A stretch of 64,000 nt of DNA, from positions 4,960,001 to 5,024,000 of the forward strand of contig CM120646.1 of the NCBI GenBank assembly GCA_051362555.1, in the 5' to 3' direction. Of this stretch, positions 13,101 through 28,100 are shown one piece after another. Each line of letters begins with the position of its first letter. Positions within the stretch are counted from its first letter, which is position 1. Both the position numbers and the translations under genes were made by a program. The stretch comes from Lingula anatina (Eukaryota; Animalia; Brachiopoda). The notes below the pieces were generated by a model. The model saw only the letters and a program-made list of their open reading frames with translations. It was not told the DNA's origin and ran no database searches.

Positions 13101-16100
13101 CTGCTTTTTCATAAATGACTGCAACTTAAATGACAAGAGTACACGACAGAGTAGACAATTACTACAGATGAAATTAAACACCACTTTTTTATCAGTGTCT
13201 TAAATCATTTTGGGGGGGATTAATTTATTATATAGAATTTTTTTATGGTTTTGGTCATTCTAATGATATCGTACCTCTTGTGTGACAAATTCCTTACATT
13301 ATGTGTTCCTTTTTCATGCTTTTTTCCCAGGTAAAAGATAGAGAAAATAACAGATCGTACCTCATCTTAACTAAACATAATGATAGGACTAGAAGAAACA
13401 AAATGTGTTTTGTGTGATGGAAGATTGTACACAGAAGAAAAGCACTTTGAAATGGCCCAAACCTGAACTATCAATTAGCCACATGCAACATTTTAACACC
13501 ATACCAGACAGGCATGTTGGATATTCAGAACAGCACTAATTATGCTCCGTTTTTCCTTGTCACATTTTGCTTGGAGTTATGCAAGTGGCATACCTCAAAT
13601 GTTTGTTTTTAATTTGCCGACAGCTTTGTAACATTGCTACTCACACCCAAATCATGAAAGAATTCTGCTCGTTATTCGGTGCTTTGCTGACATTTTTTGA
13701 TTGTAGTGAGGATAGAAGCAGAATGTAAGTTCTAAAGGTTGCCTTGCTGTTAACGGTAGTATTTGGGAACATTTCTGCCAGGGACCTGCAGTCTATCTGC
13801 CATCACATGATGATAAAAGGCAAAATAATGCATACATTATCTTTATGATGTTACTGACTTTCTTTAAAAGAAAGAATACATGCCACTGCTGATAGATGAT
13901 TGACCCATCTTGTTCCAAAACTTTTAATATTCTAAGGTGCACAATAAACAAAGAATTATGGAATCAAAGATGCAATACTTTCATCAAGTCTAATAGATAT
14001 GAAGGCATGATTATACATAGATAAAAGGCATGCCTATTCATCTCTTATCCTGCTAAACTTTCAGTATAAGTACATAAGTCGAGGCAGTATGGATGCAATT
14101 ATATTTTGAAGAACCTGCCACATCCGAATGAACTGAATCGATTATCTGATAGTAATTAAAATAAAACTTGTTGAACATGGTGAAAAAATAGACAACTCTG
14201 TGGCACACACTCACAGGAAAGGTTGTCTTTGGTCTTTTGTAGAAGTCAGAGGGAAGCACGCACAGTTCCAACGAGGAGCGACAGTCGTGCCAGCCCCATG
14301 AGCGGCCAAATTTAGATCCACCCGTAATTGAAGCCAGCTATCGCATCAAACTCCCCGATACACACAAGATCAGGTTTGTTTCAGTACAATAGATGCCTTT
14401 CTGAAACTGATTTAACTGAACAGCAGGCAAGCATGTTTTCCTTTCCCTCCCGTTTTTAAAAGATAGTATTTTTGATAGATATTTGAGCTCCATGTCATTT
14501 TCTTTTAATGGGGGACCACTTTCATTTATTACAAACATATTCAAGGAACAATTTTTTTTTCACTTCTGTGTGACAACCAATTATGGAATATATCTGTTTT
14601 CCCTTCCTATTTCTCAAAACAATCTATCAAAATACAAACTGACAAATAATATCTTCTAAAAATAGCAAATTTGTCTAAAATATCTCATAAAAATGAAAGC
14701 ACGTGGTATTTAAGTCAACCACTCTTGGGTTATATGGAAGACAAGGTCACCATCCACACCCACGTTTTCAATTAACTCCAGCAAGATGAAACTGTCTGCA
14801 GATAAAATGCCAGCTGAAATACCAGCGCAAACAATACGAGTTTGTCCTATACAAACCAGCAGGGGCACCTGTAACACCTCCCCTCCCATTTGTTTCTACC
14901 GCTACCATTTCAATAAAAAAAACCCTGCTTTTGTTTTTACGCCACCGAACACTATCTTTTCCCATGTTGGATGGATCAAAATGCCAAATTTGACCTTAAT
15001 TTTTTTTCCGCGATAGCAGTCCCAAGTATACTGCTCTATAAAAACAGGCGCTGTTTGCATATGTTTATTTGGCACATATATCACCATGATATCCAACTGT
15101 ATTTACAGCTTGGATGATTCTTATATCATTGCGTTCGTTTCTCACACTATGGTAGTAATACAAAATAATATCACCCGAGGCAATAAAACTTGTAGTACGA
15201 TAAAAGTAGCATAGAATTTAATAAGCCCAAAGTGGCTACAGGTTTAGTAGTAGTAGAGAACGGAGTCGTTGCAACAGAAGAAACGGCGTCAATGAACTGT
15301 ACTTGGCGTCAAGTACATACTCTAACCTGGAGCCTGTTTAACAATAATAGAACTTAAGCTTAAAAGTTGACCTGTACTTTTAGAACAAATTGTTAGTTTT
15401 CTCTGACCCAAGTTAATTCCCTGGTAGACAAATTTCATGAAATATTAGTTTTGCAATGAGAAAGAAAAGTTTACTGTTTCCAACATAATAATAGGCTTTA
15501 GGAAACTCCTGCACAAATTTTGCTGAACCGAAGAAGACCAAAAACTGTGAGGTTCTCTCAGTACACACCATATCTTCACAACAACCTTTTTTCCTCACAA
15601 AACATCAAGGACTTCAATTTTTTTCTTCTTTTTAGGAATAAAAAAGGTGTCACGATCATATAATACCATCCTGTTATCTCCACACCTGCCATCCACCAGT
15701 CTCACCACATCTTTCTGTCACAGCACAAAGTGGGTCTTAACACTGGCTAAAAAAACCTATTAACTTCCGTCACCCTGTCAACCCTCCCCAGCAAGACACT
15801 CTCCTTTCTATTATACACACCAAGGGCCATTCCTCATTTATACCATTGGGAAACACAAGGATAGATTGGGACTTTGATTTGTTATCCTCATCTTGGTCAC
15901 GGCAGACTCGCAACACGGGCCCTAAATCAGGATACTCAGTGAAGAGAGACTGATATGACAACACCTGCCTCTGAGGTGTTATTAAAACTCCAAACTTATC
16001 CCCGTGCAGATCAATCAGTGTCACCATGTCACCATGGAAACCAAAAAAAGTCCCCCCTCCCCTTTGTTAGACTATACTGTTTAGGTATACAGGCAAGCAA

Positions 16101-19100
16101 GACTTGTGACGGGACTGGTGTAGTGATAGCCTATCAGGATTGTCAAGCAACCACAGACAAGTCAATGAGGACAAGATTTGGTTTCTAAGGTGATGAATTA
16201 AAAAAAAAAAAAAAAAGAAAACTAAGTGTCTGGAATGAACTGAATGTAAGGATGGGGAGCTGGGATTCCCTTTGCATTCCATATTGATAAGGTTTTTCAG
16301 TTTATTTTTCTCATCAAATCTATACACAGTACCAAGTTTACTGTAATTCTCTTTCATGGGTAACAGAATTGACAAAACATTCTATTATTTTCAGGCCTAT
16401 TGGTAGGGGTATGGGGGTGCTGGAAAGTGTATGCTCTGAATGAAAATTTCATTAAAGTTCTATTACGTTTCTCAAACTGGACTTACTAAGAGGGTAAAAA
16501 GATCCACCTTTTCAGAAAATGAAATCCTTTGAAAACTTTGGCAACAGGCCTGATTTGAGAAAGTCACAGAAGCGTCAAACATCTTGGAACAACACACTTG
16601 CCTTTATTCCACAATAAATCACAAGATGAATCTATTATACATGGTCATCAGACCTAGTTGTACAGTGGGACAGAATACCACAAACACTCTAAATTCCTTT
16701 TTGTAATTCTTAGTCTCAGCTTTGACTCTCAGGGTGTCTATAGTAAATTTGCCCAGAGCAAATCACTAAAGGAAACTTTCCCCAGAAACACTCAGTGGCA
16801 GGCAGGGTGAGGTAGTCCATCATTCCTGGCAATTGGCACCAGGGGCTTAATTAGCCATCAGTTCCAGACACCAAATAGACCCAGAGATGGGAAGGAAATT
16901 GGGTTTCTATTAAAAAACTGCCTCTTTTAAGTGAATTACATGATGTTTTACTGACACTCCTATCTTTAGCTGACAAAGTGATAGCAAGTCTATCAGTAAG
17001 GGGGAGAAAAAATTCTACAACCAATGTTAATTTTTCTTAACTGCAAAATATGTTTGTAGCTTGCTTTTCCAGGAAATGGCTCCTGACTCTATATTCTTAT
17101 CTAAAAACAAATATCAGGGGAGGAAATGGTTGTTTTAAGTGTTCACATACTTTTGAAACACTGTAAGAAGATCTGTAGTGTTTTCCCCAATGCTAACACC
17201 TTCCTGTGTGAAACCAATTATCTTTCAACAAGCAAATGAAGTAACTGTGCAATTACAACGAAAAAATTCACCGATAGGGTACTCGGGGTTCCTTAAGAGA
17301 GTTGAGAGTTTGAAGAGGCGCACCCAAATAAAACTGACACGCTTAAGTGCATTATCTAAAAGCCCCCTAAGAGACATGGCTGCTCTTTCCTCTGTCTGGT
17401 ACGTGTTGGAACTTCTGCTTTAATTAAAAGGTGCTACCTTACAGGGTGTTGAAAAGAATGAAGTCTGGTTGCATAAAAGATGTCAGATTTTTTCAACACA
17501 TTAATACCCTTAAACCCAGAGCGTGTTATGACTTAAGGTTATTATTTACAGAATTTTATACCACTTTCCACAACAGAGTGTAAACACATTTGTATAAGTA
17601 TGTTTCATGTATGACACAGCCCAAAACAGTTTTCAGACACTCAAATGACTGCAAGGCAAATCTCTACATGAATTATAAGCAGAAGTATGGTCTTAAGATA
17701 AAATCTCTCCTATGGACATCAAATTAAAGACTGATAACTGACAGAAAATTAACCAATTAACAAAACCAGCCTCAAGCTCTCTTTCAGTCAATATTCCCCT
17801 CATTAAACGAACCCTGCCATTCCATTTTTGCTGGAGTTGGGGGGAGATGCCTGGAATAGTGCACCTGGCTGACCTCTGTGGCCAAAAATATGTACCTAAC
17901 TTCACCATTAGACCAATTTCTACATGGAAAATCTGCCTGCATCATATGCTGATAAGACTTTTACAGGGAAAGGGCAATATGTGTTACTTAAATTTGGATA
18001 CACTTTGCCATTTTATAAAGTTTCCCCGGGCAAAAACATACCATCTTACTTTGATTTATCGACGCCATTACATCTTTCAAATTTGGAGGGATGGAACTAG
18101 CAGAGTTGCCAACTAAAAAGGTTTATCTTCATTTTTAAGGAATTCACATTTTTCACAGTAGGCTTGCACCCATTCACCTACTGAGTTCTCAACAAGGCCT
18201 CAGAATAAAATATTTTACATGGCATGTTTTTTTTTCCCTAAATAACAATTTAAAAAGTTCAGCCTCAAAGCTGCTGCTTTCACTTTCAAATGTAGATCCA
18301 AAAACTTTCTCCAACTCACAAAATCCAGAAAAAAAAGAACTTTTGGTTACAACTGGTTCACATATGTTCTCCCTTTTCTGCAATTTCATCTCCCACGAAA
18401 AAGTTGGAGTTCTTCATTCCCATTGCTTTTTTAAAAGTGTCTGGTTACAGTGTTACATAGTGGAGTTTAGACGGCAGACTGCTGTAACACCTGGTAATCA
18501 TAACTAGACTCAATAGTCACGGTTCCACTTAGTACACAGTAGAACACACTCTTCTAATCCCATCCTGATGAGCACATAGTGCTGGCATTCTTAGGATGTG
18601 AATTCCAGTTCAGCAAAAAGAAAAGAAGATTCACAAAAAAATGAATAAATAAATAAAAATAAAATTAATTGGAAAATCATCCTCTTCCAGTGGAAATACA
18701 CATAACTCAAGAAAGACCTTTACAACCAGGTAAAATAAAAGAATTGGACAAATTAGGAGAAAATGGCAGTGATCTTCTGTGAATAGTTAAAGTTATATAA
18801 GCAGCCAAAGAGTGGTGCAGAGATATAGAGGTGAATATCCTGAATTGCAGAGGGCTTTCTCAGGGTCAGATTTCACTGGGGTTCTTGGTCTTCCAAAAAA
18901 TTCTGAAATATTCACGTTCTAATTTTCCACTCTTAAAACTGTCAGAAAGCAAAAGTGAAATCCACACTGAATGGGAAGTACCTCTAGTGAAAAAAGATGC
19001 TTAAAATTTTTCTCAGCTTGAAAAAAATCAAGTTGTTTAAAAACATTACAAATGAGAAGGAAGAAACAGAAGATAAAGACTGACAAGACTTTTTTTCTAC

Positions 19101-22100
19101 TGGCAAAGAGAACAACTCAAGGATTTCTCAGCATTTCTCCCAGATGCTAATATATTCAGAAGTAATTACAACAGAGGTGATAGAGAGGCTATCTGGAAGC
19201 ACCAGCGCTGTGGGGAATGTTCAATTATGATTTTTAGCATATCTCACAGATTTCTCATGATGGACCAAATGACCAGTAGAGAAATCTTCAAAATCTGTAA
19301 AATAGGTTTAGCAAGAGCAAACGTTACTAGTTGCCCAAAAAGTGTTCTCTAAATTTACGACAGCTGGAATGGCATTTTTTTTTTTTTTACATTCTTCAGC
19401 ATTTATTTTAATTTTTTTTATTTCATGTGACCCGAAGGCAAACAACCATTCAGTAACATAAAACTGCCACTTTCCTCCATTTCTTTAGGAGAGCTCAGAG
19501 TAAGTTTTTTTTCCTGAAAAGCATCACATTTATACATATCATATTTATCCAGTATATACTTACTACTTATTTTGAGTTGTATTTGTTTTGTTGAATCTTT
19601 CTTCTTTCCACTGACGGTATTTTTCACTATACAGCTATAGAGGCCCTGGTCACTCTGCCGGACAGCTCCAATGTGAAGGTTACCACTCGGGTGAAGCTTG
19701 TACCTCTCTGGAAGTTTTGATTATTACACTTAAATAGAGATATTTTCCATTCATAACAAAGGAAAATAATGAATGCTGCTAATTGGTTTAGTTTTGATCT
19801 TTTTTTCATTAAACTTAATCCTTTGTCAACCAGGTTTTTATTTCTTTACTAGTTGCCATCAAGTATTGACTGCCAATCTTTATTTTTTCATTACTAAAGA
19901 AATGTAACACAGAATATCAGTTTGGCTCCTCTGATTTCAAATCATCTACACATACATGTAGCTTTGCATTGCCTTTAAAAATATTACATTTTGGTAAATC
20001 AAAATATCTAATGATAAAAAATTTGAAATCATTTTCATTTTACGCATCTGCATCTTCCATTTTTTCCCCATTTTTTACGTGTAAAATATCCAAAAGGTCT
20101 TTAGATAACCACCTACCAGTTGACTTATCTATCGTTGTACTATTAATCTCAAATATTGCAACTGGTGTGGGTTCGCCCTTGGGAATTTCACAGGGGATCA
20201 CAGCTGTGTTGCCTTCTGTTGCATTCACCACCACAACTTCAATGCCTCGAGATTGACCTCCATTAGTGAAATGACCCAATCCTTTAAAAGAAAATTTCTC
20301 TGATTAACAACTTTGACTCAAACAAATCGAGTGCTTCAAAGTTAAATAAACTTACTAGCAAACATATGGCAAAAAGTTTTGATACAGAAACAACATATAC
20401 CATAATTTGAAATACACAGGCTTTTAGCAAGAAGCATACCCTACTTCCAGCTTGCTTCTTCCTTATTTCAGAGCTCTTTCTACAAAAAGAAGCCACTTTA
20501 TCAGTAGGTTTTTCTAGATGACAAAATGGGGGGGGGGGGGGGGTTATAAATTGCTTATCTTCTCTGAATACTGTTAGGAAACCATAAAAGATGTCAAATT
20601 GAAAGTAAAATTAAAGAGTTTATTATATCTGATACACTTACGTGCTCTATGTAACTTTGCAGGTTTGCTTAATATTGTTCCTTCGGGAGTGCTCCCCACA
20701 CACATATATGTCCCTGCATGTCTTTTGGCCTTAAATGCTGATATATGTAAGGAATTGTCCGCCCTGATCTGCATGCGATCATCAGTACTTGGTTCAATGT
20801 AATGTCCATTGTACTTCCATCGAATTTCAGCTGTAGGTGGTGCCACTTGGCAAGATAAGACCACCTCTGCATTTTTCTTCACAACTTGGGACTCTGGTTC
20901 CACAACAAAACTTGGGAGCACTTCTGTAAATAAAGAAAATGAAAGTGAGGATTTTATTTCAAACAGGAACATAAAATATTTACAGATGAAGAATTCTATG
21001 TAGTATATTAAACCTTTTATATGGCAGGCAATTAGGAAGGAGTATAGGCTAATAAAAAGACAACTTATCGAAGACCATTTCATATACATTTTCCTGTTAT
21101 CTCTGCAAGAAAGCTTCAATTATCTCTTAAACCTGCTCTCCAAGTTATCTTCACAAGCAATTTTCATACGCCATTAACACTGAGCTAGAGTTTCCCTATC
21201 TTGTAAAACTGCTCACGTTCACCCCAAGTGGTCCAATAAAGGGGCTGTGTTGGGTGGAACCAAGCATGTTCCAGGAAGCAATGGGGCTATTACGATCTCC
21301 GTAAGGTCGTGTTGAACATTTCCTGCCTGAGCCAGATGGATCTTTGAAGGCAGGAGAACTGACATGAAGAGACCCCAAGACAACCTGGGCTAGTTACAAA
21401 GTGCTAGGTGGATGATTCAGGATTGCCTGTAGTATTAAACAAGGCCTGCCTAGCACCTGCCTCGGTTGAATTCTTCATTGAAATATTACTATGAACCGAG
21501 TTTGTGATGAAAGATATTTTTATGATTCCTTACACAAATTGGATTATTTTATCACTACTAATTTTATTCATTTATTTATTAACCTATTTATTCATTATTG
21601 TATTATTTCATTATCAATTTTATCTTTTTGGGTTAAGGGAATAGATGAAATAATAAAACAGACTAGAGTGATTTAACCTACAGACAGGGACTTTCCATCA
21701 AAATAAAGACCTGGGGAAGAAATCCCTCCAAATGCCATTTCATGCTTGTATAAAGAGAAAATCCACAGGTTTTGGTCATAGGTTGTGCACTCTCACCTGA
21801 AACTGCCTTTAAACTTTTCCCAAAACATCCCTCTTACTGTTTTAATTTTTATCAAACTTTCTTATGTCAAACTTGGAATTATTCAGACAAATTTTAAGGC
21901 TTGTGCTCAAACCGACATGGCCACAGTTAAGGGGAAATAGAGGCCATGATGAAATGATGAAACTTCATGCAAGATGTTGTTCAAGGTTTATGTTTTGAGA
22001 TAAAATTCAACCTGTTGGGAATGTTTTTATTTCAATCATTATTATTATTATTATTATTATTTGAAAGAATTTTTGTATGAAAAGGTATCAAAAGGGCAAC

Positions 22101-25100
22101 ATTCGATCCTTAGTTAACTTCAATAACAGGACACTGTAGCCAAAGACACATTTCTTAAAAAGAGCTGAAGCAACTAGAACTATTAAAAGCTTGGTTGATG
22201 GCCAGTAAGCTATTGCCAGAAACAAGGCAGTGAATGAAGGAAAAAAGAGATGCCAGTGCATGATATAGGAACCAGCCACTTGGTGTACAAACTTTGTAAC
22301 TGGAGGCAAAAGATTGAGAGGTGTACAGCAAACTTTTGGAATACATCAAGTGTCCAGTATCAATACACTTAAGTGGAATATGTGTTCAGTGAAATGAAGA
22401 TGTTTCAGGAATAAGTGAAATGCAACCACTTTGATCACAAAGCATGTTTTGTAACTCCAGGGGCTGATCCAAACCTGATCTGGAGACAAGACACAAACAA
22501 TGAACATCTTGAACGTCCCCTTACACAATACATTCACACTAAGGTACCTGAATGGACTCCTAACACAACACAATCAAGATAAAAGGCACATTGTAAGACA
22601 TTCTCCAATGTGAAAAATATTACAACATAAACTGGAAGCTCCTCCTCCATTCTACCCAGCAAACTTCAGGGAAAACAGACTGGGCAGTGTGAATAGTGAG
22701 GGGCGACTTCAGATGTTGTTCCTTAGAGAACTTTCACAACTGTCTTTAGTCAGTTCCTTACAGAGAGAGAGAGAGAGGAAAGTGATTCTAAAAGGAAACC
22801 AAAACAAAGCACCTTTTCAACAAATAGGATGCCACATAGGACTTGAATGATTTTATCTAAGACCAGAAAGTGTTCCCATATTAAAAAGATTGCAAAAAAG
22901 ATTAGACAAATAGGATGCCACATAGGACTTAAATGATTTTATCTAAGACCAAAAACGGTTCCCATATTAAAAAGATCGCAAAAAAAGATTAAGACTCAAT
23001 GGTAGCCACTTTAGCTCGATCAGTGGACAAAAATCTTCCTTCCTATACTCCAACAGCTGTACAACTTCCTGTGTAGAGATATTTGGGGCCGAGATATTGA
23101 CAGGAAACTCGACAACTATGTGACATTCTTTCAGGTTTGCAATATTGCAGAAACACACACTGGGGCCCTGTTCCCAGCTACACTAACTGATGGATTCTAC
23201 CTGATCATTACAGGGTATAGCACAGTTTTTAATAAGAAGGCATGATGTAATCTGGAGTTTTGGTATTATCTCATTTAGCCTGGGTGTGAACATGACTAAG
23301 TTTTGGAATGAGATATAATAGAAGGAAACAGGCAGGATGGGATTTTTCGTTTTTTTTTTTTTTTTCCTCCATAATATTAAAGAAAAACACCATTCACAAA
23401 ATGGTGTAAGACTTGATTAATATCCAGCTCCATGTGCTACTGGTATAGTGATAAAAGCCCCTGAAAAAAAAAATTAAATTTTGAACCTTTTATATTCACC
23501 ATAATCCTGCATCTCTGCCAACAACTTTCACTGGTTCTCCTGATGCTGCATTCAGCAACATATACACATCACTTTCATGACATGAAACATAAAACATGGA
23601 CCAAAAAGAGAAGTTAACCCCCGAGGTGTCCAGAGAACAAACATCAATGGACAATGTCCCAGGCTCAGGTCGCCACTAAAAAACAACAGTCAGTCCTAGT
23701 GAGGCCAAACAGCCCTAGTAGACCATCCAACTAACAACATGGTTGGTATTTTAGCAAGGGGATCCCAGTAATCAAGTTACTAACTAAATTCCTGTGTTCT
23801 TGTGGCTCACATCATGTTCTGTGTTGCTGTCTGGTTTAATAGGCTTCTCGACAGACATGGCCGTGACAGTGGTCCACTTAGGTCAGGATCACTGTCAAGG
23901 TACTGGGGTCAAAGCCCTAGCGTCACCACTTTTCAAATCATAGGGCCCCCCTCCCCCTACTCCACCTAAAAGGCCCTACCTGGCCCAATACAAATTTCAC
24001 AGAATCAGGAAAAGACTTTAATGCATATATAAAAAGATCTAAAAGCAGCATAAGTGACATGAATCCGACCATGTAAAACTGGGCAGCATATGCTTGAAAA
24101 AGATCACAAAGATAATAAGCAAAATTAATTTTCCACTAAAAAAAGGAAAAAACAGCCAGATAAAAATAGATCATCAATTGCAAGTCTTGCTGCAATCATT
24201 TCCTCACTCCCAAAGCTGCATCAATTTTTCATATCCCAGATGTACAGAACCCTTCACTCAGGTGACTCTAATCACTCTTGGACCATCCCAAAGCCTGGCC
24301 AGCAAGTCCCTGGACCTGCTGTAATGTGACCCTTAATGAGCACCTGTGTTAAAAGATATGTTGGACAAGCTATCAATAGACTCGGGTTTCAATTTTCCAA
24401 TCAAAGCACAGCATTATTCCCCAGTGGCCCTCATTCCATCCCATTGTTCGCCTTCACCCCAAATGTTTACCCGTCTTTGTCTCCTAAGATCATCTGTTAG
24501 CCAAAGGACAAAATATTGAGGGACAAAATATTTCTCGGGGGGCCTTATGGGTAGAAAAAAAAGCCCTGACTCATGGCAGCTTTGGACTTCTTTTGAGGTC
24601 TACATCTTTTATAACTGGAGCTATATATTGATATCAAATACTTCAGCTGTAATGTGTCATCTGCAAGTTACAAAATTCCTTTTTTAACATTCACTTTGTG
24701 GACTCAATAGAAAACATGTTGCAGGAAAAGCTGTTTCTTGTTCCTATTATAAGGCATTAAATAATCAGCTATGAAAGACATTGTCAACAATATGAACTAC
24801 ATATCTGTTCCTGTCCATGTTCTAACCATGGGCATATAAGCAAACCTCCACTGAACACAATCTATAATGTCACAGTTCATGTGTGGTCCAGCAAGGAGAC
24901 GGACACTATCACAATGACACAGATATCTGGTGACAGTGGCCAATGACCTTGGGATCAGGGGTGACAAACATGACAGACAGAGGTGGTGGGACAGTAATCC
25001 CTGTGTCATTCACTGTAATCACATGTAGGACAAGTTTTGGTCTTGGACAATGGCCAAATGATTTGTACAGAATGGAAACCTGGAACTTGTTAAAATATGA

Positions 25101-28100
25101 AATATCTGGAGGAAACGATATATGCCCACAAGCTCATCATGGAGAAATAATTTGTTTCCTTTTTCTTTGCAAAACTGGTACTTGGACATTCTTTAGTGAT
25201 TAAATACAATAAAGTAATGCCATGTCTTGCATGATTTTCCTGTCAGTTTTTCACCAGCTGAAACTTCTCTGACAAAAGAAATACAATATTTTTTTACCCT
25301 TTTCTGTTTGTCCTTCAAAATTTTAATCAATTTTTAAACAGTGTTTGAAAAACTCTAAAGTCATTCAATTATCAGCCAGCCCCTCCCCCTGCGCCAACCA
25401 GTGTCGAGTTATTCCATTTTACCATCTGAACAACAATTAGAGTCTTGCCTTTTTCGCCAAGAGTTCTCACGTTCACGTCACAGTCTGTGATCAAAGCTAG
25501 CAGTCTCATGTTAGTCACACATATTGAAATTCTACATCAAAGTCCATGTATTTGACATATACACAGTGGAATGTGGCTGTCTACATGACCAATGGGATCT
25601 TTTTAAATATTAGCACAAAAACAAGGTAAACAGTTTGTTCTTTTCAAGGTGCTGGAAGCATCTTTTTTAATCTTCAAAGGATTGCGAATACAAAACAAAG
25701 TTTGGGGGTTATAAAAGCCATGTCAAGCAATTTGTATTTAGTGCCATATTGCTTAAAATGTTATTTTTTCTTATCAAATGATTTGTAAACCAAAAACTTG
25801 TCAAGCCAGATTTCGAGGCAAGTGTACAAAAGCACATTTCAACACAACAGCAGCAGCTCTCTTTGTAAAGTAAAAAACTTCTGACAAGATATGCTTAACT
25901 TCACTTCCTTCCATGATCTAATTCAATTGATAAAACTGTCAGAGGAAGTCCTCCTTAAACAGTATCCTAGTTACCTTCAATTTCTAGACATTAAATTCAG
26001 TCTTAAAATGAGAACTAACTCAATTTCGTTTGGAACAAGAATCTTGTTCCGTCTCAGCACTCTCTGGCAACTGACACCTTTCTGGTGTTTTCAGACACCT
26101 GACCTGGCTCCTGTTATGATCCAGGTCTGCTGGACATCACTTTAATTGGCCTTAAAAACAACAACAGTTTCAGCAAAAACAACACCCCTGCCTTCTCAGA
26201 ACGAGACCCTGCGGCTGATGACAAAAAGTGAGGGGATGCGGAAAAAATGTCCTTCAGTTAGAGGCCTCAGTGACTTTATTCTATCCTCCCAGGCCATTTA
26301 CTGGCATATTCACCATAAAGTAGATAACCTCTAATTAAAATCTTCGTTTGTTTGTTTTTCAAATAAAAATCAGGAAGTTATGTTTAACTGAACTTCTAAA
26401 CTTAAAATCTTACAGTTTCTTTTCTAATACTGCATGCAAATTTTCACAGCCTGAAAATAAATGCGCCTTTCGTGTTGAGGTAATGTTGAACAACTAAACT
26501 AAAATTACATAGTAAACAAATTCCATCATTTCCCTGGCAGATAAACTACTTTTTCTGGGTGGTCCCCCATGAGTCTTTAAACTAGCCTAACATCTCCCCA
26601 ATTCCCTACCTCATGACTTCAAATTAGCCACTCAGATTTGACATGCCAAGGCACAAGCCAATCAGAACCCTGAGAAAATTCCACCCTGTGATTTCAAGCC
26701 AATGAAATCGCGAGAATAATTCCACCCTGTCCTTCTATTTTGGAGCAGACTACATCTCCCTGCCTTATTGTGTTATCGCCTACTGCTTGGGTGGGCTGTG
26801 TAATTATTGCCAAGCAATCAACTGGTTCTTTTTTACTGCTATTCATTTGTGTAACTGAAGCCAGTCTAGGGCAGAGGCTAATGCCTAAGTGCATACAACC
26901 AGGCTGAAGAAAACAGTATCAGGAACATCCTTTTGCTGTGGTGGAAGTTAAAATCATCCAAGACTGGGTACTTTGTAAATATAGGGCTCTCAGTGTGCTT
27001 ATGCACAAGTTAGGGTAATTTACCTTTTCTAACTCATCGAGTAACCTTTATTTTTTATGTCCGAGCAGATCGTGCATTATATCAGGTGAGGCAAGGAAAA
27101 TGGACGAAAAATGCATTACTCGATAGGACTGTCTCTAACAGTTGGGACAGCAGTAATGCAATTATCCTTCAACATTTGATCGAGTAATTTACAGGCAGAA
27201 CTATATTGGACAAGAAAAAAAAAAAACTGAATTTCAATCAAACAATTATCCCACATGAATTTTCAACAGAAAACACACTCAATATGAGCTGGCAGCAAAA
27301 ATGACCTAACAAACTCTTCTCTTTTTTCCCTACAAAGCTTAATATCATGCTATCGTTTCTTCATTTACTGTGCACAACCATAAAGTTTCCTTTGGTAGCA
27401 TGTGGATTTTACAGAAAGATTAGAAAATACATCTTCCATTTTGAAAGTTATTTGGACAGATATAATTCAATTATGGTGGCAGAATGTATTTCATCCAAAT
27501 CCCCTGATATATTGATTTGTCTGAGGACCTTTTTTCATTTGGAAATATTGATTTCCCTTTTTTTTCCAAATCTCTGTATAACAGTGCAGTTTTGGGTTAA
27601 GATTATAATTCATTGGATTCTTATTATCCTAATGCTGGATTACTAATTTTGGTGAAATAAAAAAAAATCCGAATGCAAATTAATGGCTGCCACTTCCCAA
27701 AATTTCTCCATTTTCCTCCAACACAGTATTCTTGGATGGCAAGACTCGAAATCCATTTACCCATTCAAACAGATAACTGGCGACCTCTGACAGAGAAAAA
27801 CAGAATGACTCAGCTGCCCTGCCGTGCCACTCAGCTCAGACAGGCAAACAAGTCTCACTGGAAAGAAAATGAAAATCCTTTTGTTTTAGCCAATGAAAAA
27901 TTGAATTACCTCGTTGCAGCAGACGTAAATCACTGTCAAACTGCGCCACCTTGTCATCCAGTACGGAAAACTAAAGCAATGAATTGGGGCCTTAAAACAG
28001 GACAAAAAGGGGGATTTCTCAACCATCCATGTTCAAGGACCTTATTTGTTACAGCACTGCCCTACACAAGTATAGTGCTATAGTAAGGCATCTGTGACCA

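Noticed and set aside
16808-16816. TGAGGTAGT let-7-like sequence
   Set aside because: Only 9 nt match, with no remainder of the mature sequence and no hairpin.
27673-28083. Longest unexplained ORF (136 aa), plus other 60-125-aa ORFs above 21 kb
   Set aside because: No recognisable domain or exon chain. Consistent with random intronic ORFs.
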